Positions 26,853-35,501 of a stretch of DNA of 43,461 bases are shown piece by piece (the stretch's first letter is position 1; each line of letters opens with the position of its first letter). A program made the position numbers and the translations under genes. The notes beneath the pieces were generated by a model that saw only the letters and a program-made list of their open reading frames with translations, ran no database searches and had not been told where the DNA came from. The stretch comes from an uncultured bacterium (lineage in GTDB: Bacteria; Planctomycetota; Phycisphaerae; Phycisphaerales; SM1A02). Location: NCBI GenBank assembly GCA_903914045.1, contig CAIWNO010000046.1, forward strand, positions 1 through 43,461, read 5' to 3'.

Positions 26853-27992
26853 TTATTTTTGCGGCGCAGAAGTCATTTGCAAATCTTGCCTAGCGTTGAC
26901 GGTGCTGCCAGGAATGGCGGGCAATCCAAGCAACATGAGGCATGTGTTGCTGGCATCGGAGTTGCGAATGGGTGGAAGTTGATTGGCGGTGAAGCGCTCG
27001 TTGGCCGCGGGACAATGCCGCGTGGTGGCATTGATGGCGTACAAATCAACTTGGGTTTGATGCACGCCGGTCCATACCAAGAATGGAATTGTGAAATTCA
27101 CCGGCGCCTCTGGGTCACGGTGACTGATCAACGGAACTCCACCACCATGATCGGCGGTTAACACAATGGCGACGCGGTCTTTGAGAGTCGGTGAGTTGTT
27201 GATCTTGGACAAAATGAATCCAAGCGAGGCATCAATGTCGAGCAACGCTTGGCGATACGCGGAGCCATCGGACAAGTCCCAGCCAGAAGCATGTCCGACA
27301 AAATCAGGCAGCGCCAAATGAAGAAACGTAAATGTTTTTTTCTGGCGATCGCTGGCGCCTTGAATAAATGCGGTAAGTTGCTGCACTTGGTCCATTGAAT
27401 TGGGAGAGCACACAAAGCAATCGATTTTATCTTTGCCGTAATTGGGGGCGACATCATCTGGACCGCCGGCGTCCTCGCCGTAACTTTGCTCGAACAAGAC
27501 AAATTTCCACTTGCCAACGACCAATGCGGTTTGCAATCCCTCATCGTGTGCGACATCAAATACGCTGGAAATATAGTGGCGCGGCTTCAAATGCAAAGTG
27601 CCGCCCATTGTGCGCGAAGGCGGATCGACATTGTCGACCCAGCCATGACCGTTCTCGCCCGCGACAAGTCGTGCAGTGATCATGTCAATATGATTTGGAA
27701 GCGTGACTGAAATATCAGGATCACAGCGGGCCTGCGCGGTCCACGCGCCTTGCGTGAGTTGCTTCATGGCGGGATGTTGATCGACAAGTGGCCGCAACAT
27801 CGCCTCCGGGCGAAGGCCGTCCACGGAAATTAAAATCACGTGGTCAATGGCGGTTTCAGCGGACGTGCGTGTCGCGGTTGTGGCGGGTGATTGAGTGAAC
27901 GCAGAAAATAAAAATATTGCCGCAACTGCAATCGTGGCGCTTGCGAGGAGCGACAACGAACGCATGGAAATTTTTATGTGCCTTGGTGTCAT
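26853..27992 (-). CDS. Nucleotide pyrophosphatase/phosphodiesterase-type (alkaline phosphatase superfamily) secreted enzyme
   Basis: There is a signal/TM segment, ILISVDGLRPE, TLPNH (nucleophile Thr context) and LTADHGG. The start could instead be ATG 27965. Confidence 0.72.
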   Translation of the reverse strand: MTPRHIKISMRSLSLLASATIAVAAIFLFSAFTQSPATTATRTSAETAIDHVILISVDGLRPEAMLRPLVDQHPAMKQLTQGAWTAQARCDPDISVTLPNHIDMITARLVAGENGHGWVDNVDPPSRTMGGTLHLKPRHYISSVFDVAHDEGLQTALVVGKWKFVLFEQSYGEDAGGPDDVAPNYGKDKIDCFVCSPNSMDQVQQLTAFIQGASDRQKKTFTFLHLALPDFVGHASGWDLSDGSAYRQALLDIDASLGFILSKINNSPTLKDRVAIVLTADHGGGVPLISHRDPEAPVNFTIPFLVWTGVHQTQVDLYAINATTRHCPAANERFTANQLPPIRNSDASNTCLMLLGLPAIPGSTVNARQDLQMTSAPQK

Positions 27993-28090
27993 GATGACTT
28001 TTTGGAAAATTTGAAACGTAAACTTAAATCAATCTTGTAAAGATCATATTGGGGAAATTGTTCAACTCCAATGAATGAATGTGATGAATG

Positions 28091-28131
28091 AAAGAAAAAC
28101 CCCGCCGTCGTTGAGCGCAACGAAGACGGGG
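28091..28131 (-). terminator. Rho-independent terminator downstream of tRNA-Ala
   Basis: The minus-strand sequence is CCCCGTCTTCGTTG-CGCT-CAACGACGGCGGGG. This forms a 14-bp stem with one mismatch and one G-U pair, followed by TTTTTCTTT. Confidence 0.8.
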
Positions 28132-28139
28132 TGTTGTAG

Positions 28140-28212
28140 TGGACCTGATCGGGATCGAACCGACCGCCTCTTCCATGCCATGGAAGCGCTCTACCAAATG
28201 AGCTACAGGCCC
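28140..28212 (-). tRNA. tRNA-Ala (anticodon GGC), CCA not encoded
   Basis: The minus-strand 73-nt sequence GGGCCTGTAGCTCATTTGGTAGAGCGCTTCCATGGCATGGAAGAGGCGGTCGGTTCGATCCCGATCAGGTCCA folds as a cloverleaf. The anticodon loop is AT-GGC-AT, the G3:U70 Ala identity pair is present, and the T-loop is TTCGATC. Confidence 0.92.
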
Positions 28213-28375
28213 AAAAACCAAATATGTTCCAACCAAACGCAATTCATTGGCAATGACAAGGCCAACTTCAAGGTTGAGCAGTGTAGCGAAAGCGATCATT
28301 TTTGCCCGCGTCTTGGCGACAGACGCGTGAATGGCGCAATGCAAAAAATTCAATTCAAACCAAGTTCGTCGCGGA

Positions 28376-28702
28376 TTAAATCGCGTTGATCGCTTCGGTC
28401 AAAGCCGCTTTTGAAACCAAACCATTCCACTTTTTCACGATCTGGCCTTGCTTGAAAAGAAAAACCGTTGGAATACTTTGAATGCCGTACTGCATGGCGA
28501 TGTTGCGATGATGATCAATGTCAACCTTGCCAACTTTCAGTTTGCCTTTGGTCTCTTCGGCAAGTTGATCGATGGTTGGACCAAGCATGCGACAAGGTTG
28601 GCACCACTCGGCCCAGAAGTCCACGAGAACGGGAACGGTGCTCTTTAAAACTTCGGCGTCAAAATTAGCGTCTGTGAATTCGAGTGTGTTTGCGCTTGCC
28701 AT
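28376..28702 (-). CDS. trxA: Thioredoxin (variant active site WCQPC)
   Basis: The start was re-picked to ATG 28702 (GAAGGAA upstream), giving 108 aa. The layout is classic thioredoxin: VLVDFWAEWCQPCRMLGP...GIQSIPTVFLFKQG. Confidence 0.88.
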   Translation of the reverse strand: MASANTLEFTDANFDAEVLKSTVPVLVDFWAEWCQPCRMLGPTIDQLAEETKGKLKVGKVDIDHHRNIAMQYGIQSIPTVFLFKQGQIVKKWNGLVSKAALTEAINAI

Positions 28703-28786
28703 GTGTTCCTTCTCAAGTGTGGACGATGTGTCCAAAAAAATACTTCTTCAAACGCCGGCGGACCTTCCGTTGACGATGGGCAAATA

Positions 28787-29671
28787 CTAGCAAGCGCAAC
28801 ACGCCGAGGAAATACAAAGCAATTGTCGATGTTCCGCTACATCGTGGACGCGCAGAATGGCGGCGCCATTGTTGGTGGCGATGGCGGCGGCGGCCAACGA
28901 GGCGGGCAATCGTTCGCTGGGTTGATTGCCACCACAGGCGGCGCCCAGAAAACTTTTTCGACTAAGACTGACCATGATTGGAAATCCGGCGGCGGTGATT
29001 TGGTTGAGGTGTTGCAGCAATTCAAAATTCTGCGCGACAGTTTTTCCAAATCCGAACCCGGGATCAATCACGATTTGCTCACGCGCCACGCCCAATGTTT
29101 GGGCGCGCTGGGCAAGCTGCAGAAGTTTTTCAAGCACATCGCGCGCGACATTGTTGTACCGCGGTGCGGAAACATATTGATCGCTGTATTTGTCTTTATC
29201 GGGGGTGCAAAGGCGATGCATGAGAATGAAACCCGCGCCGTGCGTGGCGACCAGTCGCGCAAGACCGGGGTCTTCTTCGCCGCCACTGACATCGTTGACA
29301 ATATTGGCGCCAGCCTCCAGGGCCGCGGCGGCGACTGGACCCAACGTGGTGTCCACGCTTATTGGAATGGCGCTGTGCTGACGAAGCGCGCGAATGACGG
29401 GCTGAATACGTTGAATTTGCTGCGCGGCCGAAACGCGCGCGGAGCCGGGGCGCGTGCTTTCTCCACCAATGTCAAGCATGTCGGCGCCTTGCTCGATCAT
29501 GCGCTTGCCATGCGCAATGGCTTGATCGGTTGTTGCAAATTGACCGCCATCAGAAAAAGAATCCGGCGTGCAATTGAGAATGCCCGCAAGCAATGGACGC
29601 GCCGTGAAAGACAACGGCGCATGGTTGGCTATTTTCCAATGTGGCAAAGATGCTCGGTGAATGTGGGTCAC
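28787..29671 (-). CDS. folP: Dihydropteroate synthase
   Basis: It has GILNCTPDSFSDGG, DIGGESTRPG and the pterin-binding fold pattern. The GTG start at 29671 overlaps the upstream stop (GTGA at 29668-29671). Confidence 0.9.
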   Translation of the reverse strand: MTHIHRASLPHWKIANHAPLSFTARPLLAGILNCTPDSFSDGGQFATTDQAIAHGKRMIEQGADMLDIGGESTRPGSARVSAAQQIQRIQPVIRALRQHSAIPISVDTTLGPVAAAALEAGANIVNDVSGGEEDPGLARLVATHGAGFILMHRLCTPDKDKYSDQYVSAPRYNNVARDVLEKLLQLAQRAQTLGVAREQIVIDPGFGFGKTVAQNFELLQHLNQITAAGFPIMVSLSRKSFLGAACGGNQPSERLPASLAAAAIATNNGAAILRVHDVAEHRQLLCISSACCAC

Positions 29672-31596
29672 GGATTTTTTGTGGCAGGAATTTTTTCATC
29701 GGCCTGTTGTCGCGCCCCGTTGGGCGTCGGCTTGTTTGAAGATTTTGAAACCGCATCGCTGGTTGCTGCGCCATCGGCTTCATCTTCTTGATCGGCTTGC
29801 TGCGCCTCTTTGCGATCCGCGTACGCCGTGACCACTACGCCAATGACATTGGTTGGAACCATTGTTGAAGTTTCAATGTGGCCGCCATTGATTGAAAGAC
29901 CAAATGCGATTGGCTCCAAATCTGGCGGCGCGTCTGGAATTTCCATAATGCCCATCGGAAACGCGTTGGCCGCTTGTCGAACAACATTCAGCAGCGAGCC
30001 CACGCCAATAAATGCAAGCGCGTCGGGCTTGGGCATCATCCAGCCGCGAAGCGCTGTAAGCACCGCGTCGCTTTCAAGCGCGTTTGCACTAGTGGCGCAA
30101 TTTGCCGCCTTTTCCATGACATCTGGACGCTGGCTGAAAGTCACATACAGACCATCGGGAAATGTTTTGACAAATCCGTTTGGACCTTTTGGCCCGTAAA
30201 TCAATGAGCGGGCAATGCGTTCCATGGGATTACTTTTGCGGGCGGGTTGTGCGTTCTTGGGAAGCGCAATGTCCTTGATGGTGTACGCGTCCGTGGTCAT
30301 TCCACTTTTCAACACGCGGTCTTTTTCCCATGTGGCCTCGCGCTTCTGTCCATCGATTTCGCCGGACAGAGAAAGTATCCACTGCTCCATGACCGATTTT
30401 GCTTTGGCGCTGTCGGCGGTGGCGATCCACATGGCGGCGTCGTTTAAAATTCCGCCGCCAACAACACCTAACTTGCTTGGATAGATTGCAAATTGAATTG
30501 CGCTGGCGATGTTTTTATTTTGCTCGATCCACGCCGGAATCTGCTCGCCGCCAGGAAGTTGGGCCGCAAGATCTATAAACGCCTGCGTTCCACCAAGTCC
30601 ATCCATGTCCGCGGCAACGGCAACCACAAATCGGCCATGGGGTAAACGATTCATGGTGGCGCCGCCAATATTTTTTGCGGGATCTTTTACAGGATCCGCG
30701 CCAAGTTGCGCACCACCGCGCGCGGATTTTCCCAATTCGCTTGCGGGATCAAGCACCGCGTAACTGCGAAGCAACACACCAAGCGGATCAACATCAACAC
30801 TGAAGACTCCGTCGGTCAAGCCCTGCATGAGCTTTGATACGCGATCACTTGCCACCAATGCTGGCGCCTGCGCATTTACATTGGTTGTGGAATCACTTTT
30901 GGAAATATCTTTTGCATTTGATGTTGGTGCCGCGTCCTGCATTTGCGCGGCCACCTTCTGACCTGCGTTGCGCATGTCCGCCAACGCATGCGGACCAGCC
31001 CACACACCAATTTCGCCATCGCATAACACGGCGAAACCACGCTCTCCCAGCCGCTTTTTCAAGCGATCGGACAAGCCGGACTTGGCCACATACTTCCGTG
31101 CAAGGTCTGGACTTTGACTGACCACAACCCAGCCGTCGATTACTTTTGCGTGGACCGTTTTTCCACGCCACACAAACGCGTCAGGCGCAACTGTTGGAGT
31201 GGCTACAAAATTAGCCTGCAGAAATTGCGCACCGTCGGTGGTTGGAATCAGCGCGCACCACTGCGATGTTTGATCCGCGGCGCCAACAAACCAAGCCACA
31301 AACGCGCCGCGATCATTCATGCCGGGACCAACACCAAGTTGGCTTTTGAGCAAATCAAGTGGCTTCATTTCCGTCAGTGCCTGCATGCGTTGCAACTTGG
31401 CCGCAAGCTCGCCCATGTCCTCGCCCAAAGATTGCGCGCTTGGGACAACGGCCACACTGATCGCGTCCACTGGCGCCATGTCAATAGCTTTTATAAACGC
31501 CGCCTCACCAGCAGTGCGACGAACAGGCATTTGATCTTGCGCATGCGCGCGCGTGAAGCCACAAGCAATACACAAAGTGGCGGTTGCGACACGCAT
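29668..31596 (-). CDS. Hypothetical secreted protein
   Basis: The ORF is long and continuous. The preferred start is ATG 31596, which gives the signal peptide MRVATATLCIACGFTRAHAQ; alternatives are ATG 31629 and TTG 31644. No family is recognisable. Its stop overlaps the folP start. Confidence 0.5.
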   Translation of the reverse strand: MRVATATLCIACGFTRAHAQDQMPVRRTAGEAAFIKAIDMAPVDAISVAVVPSAQSLGEDMGELAAKLQRMQALTEMKPLDLLKSQLGVGPGMNDRGAFVAWFVGAADQTSQWCALIPTTDGAQFLQANFVATPTVAPDAFVWRGKTVHAKVIDGWVVVSQSPDLARKYVAKSGLSDRLKKRLGERGFAVLCDGEIGVWAGPHALADMRNAGQKVAAQMQDAAPTSNAKDISKSDSTTNVNAQAPALVASDRVSKLMQGLTDGVFSVDVDPLGVLLRSYAVLDPASELGKSARGGAQLGADPVKDPAKNIGGATMNRLPHGRFVVAVAADMDGLGGTQAFIDLAAQLPGGEQIPAWIEQNKNIASAIQFAIYPSKLGVVGGGILNDAAMWIATADSAKAKSVMEQWILSLSGEIDGQKREATWEKDRVLKSGMTTDAYTIKDIALPKNAQPARKSNPMERIARSLIYGPKGPNGFVKTFPDGLYVTFSQRPDVMEKAANCATSANALESDAVLTALRGWMMPKPDALAFIGVGSLLNVVRQAANAFPMGIMEIPDAPPDLEPIAFGLSINGGHIETSTMVPTNVIGVVVTAYADRKEAQQADQEDEADGAATSDAVSKSSNKPTPNGARQQADEKIPATKNP

Positions 31597-31807
31597 AAAT
31601 TGAATTTGAATGTGCGAAGTGTGATGCATAGAGAAATCTTTCAAGCTGGTGGGGTGCGAATTTGAAACAGTAACGGAACGCTTTGCGAAACATGGCTAGG
31701 GCCGCGCAAAAAATGTTGCCGCGACCCTTTATGAAACCTTGCGAAACAACTACTGTACGGGAGTGTTGACCCCAGAAACAATCGCTTGTTCCATTTCGGG
31801 CGCGGTG

Positions 31808-32950
31808 ATGGCCGGCACGTCGGCGATTGCTTTGGCGTGGTTGTTGCGAGCGGCGGGCTGGAAAAATTCATGGATTGTGGCTGGAATATGCGTGGGCGTC
31901 TTCTTTGGACCGTTGTGCTGCGCCAATGTGTTCCCAGATTTTTTTACCACCTATTTTGACGGCTGTGGCGACGCGCGCAATGAATTGTTGCGCTCACAAA
32001 GGGCACGACAGGCGCTTGAAATTGCCGCGGCGAATACACAGACTATTCCCGCCGAATCGTTATTGGTTGAACTTGATGCTTGGCAACGATCTGCGGAGAT
32101 TCGACTGACGCAAGAGCGTGTTGAATTTAATCATGGCGCGCTGTGGTTGACGGCGGTGTTGGCGGCGGCGGTGACACTGGCGCGATCGCCAATGATCGGA
32201 CGCGTTCGTTGGTGGCGAGGCGGCGGCTTGGCGATTGGTGTGTGGACGGTTTTAATTCCAATTGCATCCGTACTTCTTATTGCGCAACTTGAAACGCGCG
32301 AAGTGGTGACCACATGGAGTTTGGTTGCGGCGGCCACCATTGCATTTGGCGCGGCGCTACCAGCTGGAAGAGAGCGATGGACAACCATGGGATTGCTGCA
32401 AGACAACGCGCCATCACTTGATGCGGCCAGAGCAACGTCTGGATTTATTTCTTGTAGTGTGGCGTGCGTGGCGGCTTGGGGTATGGACTTTGATTTTGCG
32501 GCGGCATGGTTGCTGCCGTGGGGAACCATGTTGGCTGCGTGGGGATTGCGAGACCATCACAAGACATTGATAAACGCATGCGCTGGACCGGCAAGTTGCG
32601 CGGCGGTTGCCATTGCGTTGACGCGCGTGGACATTCTGCAGCAGTTTCGATTTGCGCCAACAGTCGGACTGTATTTTGCCGGCGAGGACGTGCGCTGGAT
32701 CGCGGCCGCGATTGGATTTGCTTTAACACTGGCCGTTCCATGGATGCAATCACTGCGAGTTTCCCTTGCAATTACAAGCGCGCCATTACCGCAGGCGGCG
32801 CTTGCAAGCACTGCGCTATTGATTGGAGTGCTTCCAAGTTGGTTTGGGATTTCAATTATTGTTTCAGCGGCAACTATGGAAGTGCTTTCACCGCTGCGAA
32901 AAATAACCGCAAAACATCTTGACCAACTGATCCATACTGGGTCGGGTTAA
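31808..32950 (+). CDS. Hypothetical polytopic membrane protein (weak cation/proton-antiporter-like N-terminus)
   Basis: There are many hydrophobic helices. The N-terminal pattern WIVAGICVGVFFGP resembles the first helix pair of CPA-type exchangers, but only weakly. The start is uncertain (TTG 31739, GTG 31805 or ATG 31808). Confidence 0.45.
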   Translation: MAGTSAIALAWLLRAAGWKNSWIVAGICVGVFFGPLCCANVFPDFFTTYFDGCGDARNELLRSQRARQALEIAAANTQTIPAESLLVELDAWQRSAEIRLTQERVEFNHGALWLTAVLAAAVTLARSPMIGRVRWWRGGGLAIGVWTVLIPIASVLLIAQLETREVVTTWSLVAAATIAFGAALPAGRERWTTMGLLQDNAPSLDAARATSGFISCSVACVAAWGMDFDFAAAWLLPWGTMLAAWGLRDHHKTLINACAGPASCAAVAIALTRVDILQQFRFAPTVGLYFAGEDVRWIAAAIGFALTLAVPWMQSLRVSLAITSAPLPQAALASTALLIGVLPSWFGISIIVSAATMEVLSPLRKITAKHLDQLIHTGSG

Positions 32951-32967
32951 TTTTTAAATGAAGCGAC

Positions 32968-33606
32968 TTATTTCGCGGCCGAGCCATCCGCTGGCTTCTG
33001 CTGTGGCGGAGCGGAGGAAGTCATTCCCAAAGCTTGCTCAATTGCTTTTGCCAAAGCCTTGTCATCCGGCGCAACCGTGCTTGCGTAAAAAGCCACGGGC
33101 TGACCTTCTTTGTTCACCAGATATTTACTAAAATTCCAACCCGGTAATTTTCCCATGCGCGTTCCAAGAAACTCATAGATTTCACTTTGTCCTGAACCAG
33201 CCTTGGTCTGCTCCTTGGACAGCATTGGAAATGTCACTGCATATTTGGTGGTGCAAAATTCCTTGATTTCCTTTTCGCTGCCTGGCTCTTGTCCACCAAA
33301 ATCATTGCTGGGAATTCCAAGCACAACAAAGCCCTTGTCTTTGTAGGTGTCGTACAACTTTTGTAGGCCCGCATATTGGCCGGTAAAGCCGCAGCGACTT
33401 GCCACATTCACAACCAGCACCACCTTGCCTTGATATTGTGAAAGGTCAACGGGGGCGCCTTCAAGCGTGGTGGTTTTGATGGTGTACATGCTGCGATCTT
33501 TCCATTTGGTGACAAGTTCGGAATTTTGCGGCGCCGTTTGCGCGCATGCAAAGCCAGTGACGGAGGCGACAGCTGCCAAGATTGTGTTTGCGATTTTGTT
33601 TTTCAT
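32968..33606 (-). CDS. Glutathione peroxidase family protein with a signal peptide
   Basis: ATG at 33606. GPx blocks are present: VVNVASRCGFTGQY (peroxidatic Cys), LGIPSNDFGGQEPG and WNFSKYLV. Confidence 0.88.
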   Translation of the reverse strand: MKNKIANTILAAVASVTGFACAQTAPQNSELVTKWKDRSMYTIKTTTLEGAPVDLSQYQGKVVLVVNVASRCGFTGQYAGLQKLYDTYKDKGFVVLGIPSNDFGGQEPGSEKEIKEFCTTKYAVTFPMLSKEQTKAGSGQSEIYEFLGTRMGKLPGWNFSKYLVNKEGQPVAFYASTVAPDDKALAKAIEQALGMTSSAPPQQKPADGSAAK

Positions 33607-33667
33607 GGAATGTTGTTCGACCTCAATCTTATCGCGGATTCAACACCTTGCCGTGGTTCGTTAGTAT

Positions 33668-35500
33668 TTGCTTGTGAACCCACAACAAGGGACGAATTCA
33701 AAATTACATGTGCCCGCGCCAGGACCCTTGGTGACAGTTGAATTGAAAGATTCGAAAGCCAAAATTATTTTGGCAAATGTTCGTCAACGCGTGGCTACTT
33801 GGAGTGATACTGGACGCGCGATCTCGCGTGCCAGCGACGCGATTCAAACCGCAGATCGACTGATTGGCTCAGGACCGGGATCAATGGGCGCTGAATTTAG
33901 ACCCACTGGTCGGCGCGTTCTTCGTTTGAATGAAATCGCGCAAGAAGAACCTTTGTGGATTATTGGGGATGTGCGCGGTGATGTGTTGGCGCTTGAGACA
34001 ACGCTTGGGTTTATCGATGAAACAACTGGAAATGGGCGCGCACCGCAAATTGTTTTTCTTGGAGATTTGGCGGCGGGAACGCTGGGCGACGCGGCGTGCT
34101 TGGCGATCGCGCTTGAACGATTCGCAAGCGCGCCGACAAGAACTATTTTAATCGCGGGTGATCGCGAAGTTACAGTGGGCCTGTCCACGGGTGAAGCCGC
34201 GCATGAACGTCAACCACGCGGGCTGGCCCAAATGCCCATTCAGCCCGCACAAGACAAGACGCTACAAAATCTAACGCGCGCATTTTCTCAACTTGCCGTA
34301 AAACTTCCTGTGGCGGTCATTTGTCCTGGCGCAATACTTTTGGCGCATAGTGGGTTGCCGCGCGCATCCTTACTCTCCTCAATTCAAACCGCCCAAGAGT
34401 TGGAGTCGCGTGAAGATATTTTGAAGTCGTTCGCATTCGATCGACTTCATGCGCGCGACGCACGCGTGGAATCGTTGGCGCCAATGGGTGGCGTGACAAT
34501 GGGTTCGCAAGATTTTGTGGATTCCATGCGTGCATTGACTCGAATTTACGAAATGCCTTTGGAAAGAATGGTGCGTGGTCAAGACACCGCCCCCGAAGGC
34601 TATCGCTGGTTTCGGCATTATGGTGATGGCGTGTTGTTGACCATCACAACCATGGCCGATTTTCTTGCGATCGAGGCCGGTGGTGGTCGTCGAAATCCTT
34701 GTGTTGCCCGTTTGAAATCTGGACGCTTACGCGTGGTGCGGCTTGAAATACCAGAGGACCTTGCACTCACCGCCGATCAAATTTTTCCGCGAAATGTTGC
34801 GACGCGCAAAACAGAAACTAACGCGCCACTTTCTCAACACAAGACGTTGGAAATGAAGACAAGCCTGAATGACATTTCAACACTTGTGTTGGATTTCAAT
34901 CAGCCGCGACCAACATTGGGTCATAATGATGCGCGCGTGATCGACGCTCAGGCCGCGCAAGTTCACTTTGAGCGCGGAGTTCGCCTGCTTGCCGCAAGGG
35001 CGTGGCCTGGTGCACGACAAGCATTTCAAGAAGCCGCGTGCGCGGCGGCGGATGTGAACGCCTGCTTGATGAATGAAGCGGTCGCGTGTCTTTCCTTGGG
35101 ATTGTCCGGTCACCAAGACGCGCTTCGATTGTGCCGCATGTTGATTCAAAGCAACGCGACAAATCCATATGCCTATTTCAACATGGGGGTTTCATATTTA
35201 ACAAGCGAGCGAAATCCAATCGAGGCGGGCCGCGCCTTCCGAACTGTTACGCAAATGCTGCCCCAATTCGGCGACGGATGGTGGGCGCTTGGCCTTGCGT
35301 TCTCGCTGCGCGCGGATCGCCGCAGCGCGGAGGACGCCTTTGCCAAAGCGTCCGAATGTGGTTCTTCATTGGCGCGCCCACATTCAATGGAGGGAATCAT
35401 TCCCGCTCGCGAGCTTTCCTCCATATTCGAGGCGTTGCGCGGTCGGGCTCAATATCACCCGTCATTGACCGCGCAATCGGCGCCGCTTGCAGGAGCCTGA
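33668..35500 (+). CDS. PPP-family phosphatase-like domain with substituted catalytic motifs, fused to C-terminal TPR-like repeats
   Basis: The N-terminal region aligns by eye with lambda/PrpA-type phosphatases (LWIIGDVRGD...IVFLGDLAAGT...LIAGDREV...LLAHSGLP). The C-terminal roughly 170 aa have TPR-like helices. The start is uncertain (TTG 33668 or GTG 33674). Confidence 0.6.
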   Translation: MLVNPQQGTNSKLHVPAPGPLVTVELKDSKAKIILANVRQRVATWSDTGRAISRASDAIQTADRLIGSGPGSMGAEFRPTGRRVLRLNEIAQEEPLWIIGDVRGDVLALETTLGFIDETTGNGRAPQIVFLGDLAAGTLGDAACLAIALERFASAPTRTILIAGDREVTVGLSTGEAAHERQPRGLAQMPIQPAQDKTLQNLTRAFSQLAVKLPVAVICPGAILLAHSGLPRASLLSSIQTAQELESREDILKSFAFDRLHARDARVESLAPMGGVTMGSQDFVDSMRALTRIYEMPLERMVRGQDTAPEGYRWFRHYGDGVLLTITTMADFLAIEAGGGRRNPCVARLKSGRLRVVRLEIPEDLALTADQIFPRNVATRKTETNAPLSQHKTLEMKTSLNDISTLVLDFNQPRPTLGHNDARVIDAQAAQVHFERGVRLLAARAWPGARQAFQEAACAAADVNACLMNEAVACLSLGLSGHQDALRLCRMLIQSNATNPYAYFNMGVSYLTSERNPIEAGRAFRTVTQMLPQFGDGWWALGLAFSLRADRRSAEDAFAKASECGSSLARPHSMEGIIPARELSSIFEALRGRAQYHPSLTAQSAPLAGA

Positions 35501-35501
35501 T

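Noticed and set aside
28304-28324. A perfect 7-bp hairpin (CGCGTCT-tggcgac-AGACGCG) between trxA and tRNA-Ala, considered as the trxA terminator
   Set aside because: On the sense (minus) strand it is followed by GGCAAAAATG, not a U-tract. It may be a processing or stability element, but it cannot be supported as a terminator.
28703-29791. A 362-aa plus-strand ORF antisense to folP
   Set aside because: The opposite strand encodes an unmistakable dihydropteroate synthase. The antisense translation is low-complexity (Gly/Arg/Ala-rich), as is typical of GC-rich antisense frames.
31683-31748. A direct 10-nt repeat, TTGCGAAACA, at 31683-31692 and 31739-31748 in the divergent region before the membrane-protein gene
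   Set aside because: It is only two short copies, one of which overlaps a candidate start codon. The evidence is insufficient to call a regulatory site.
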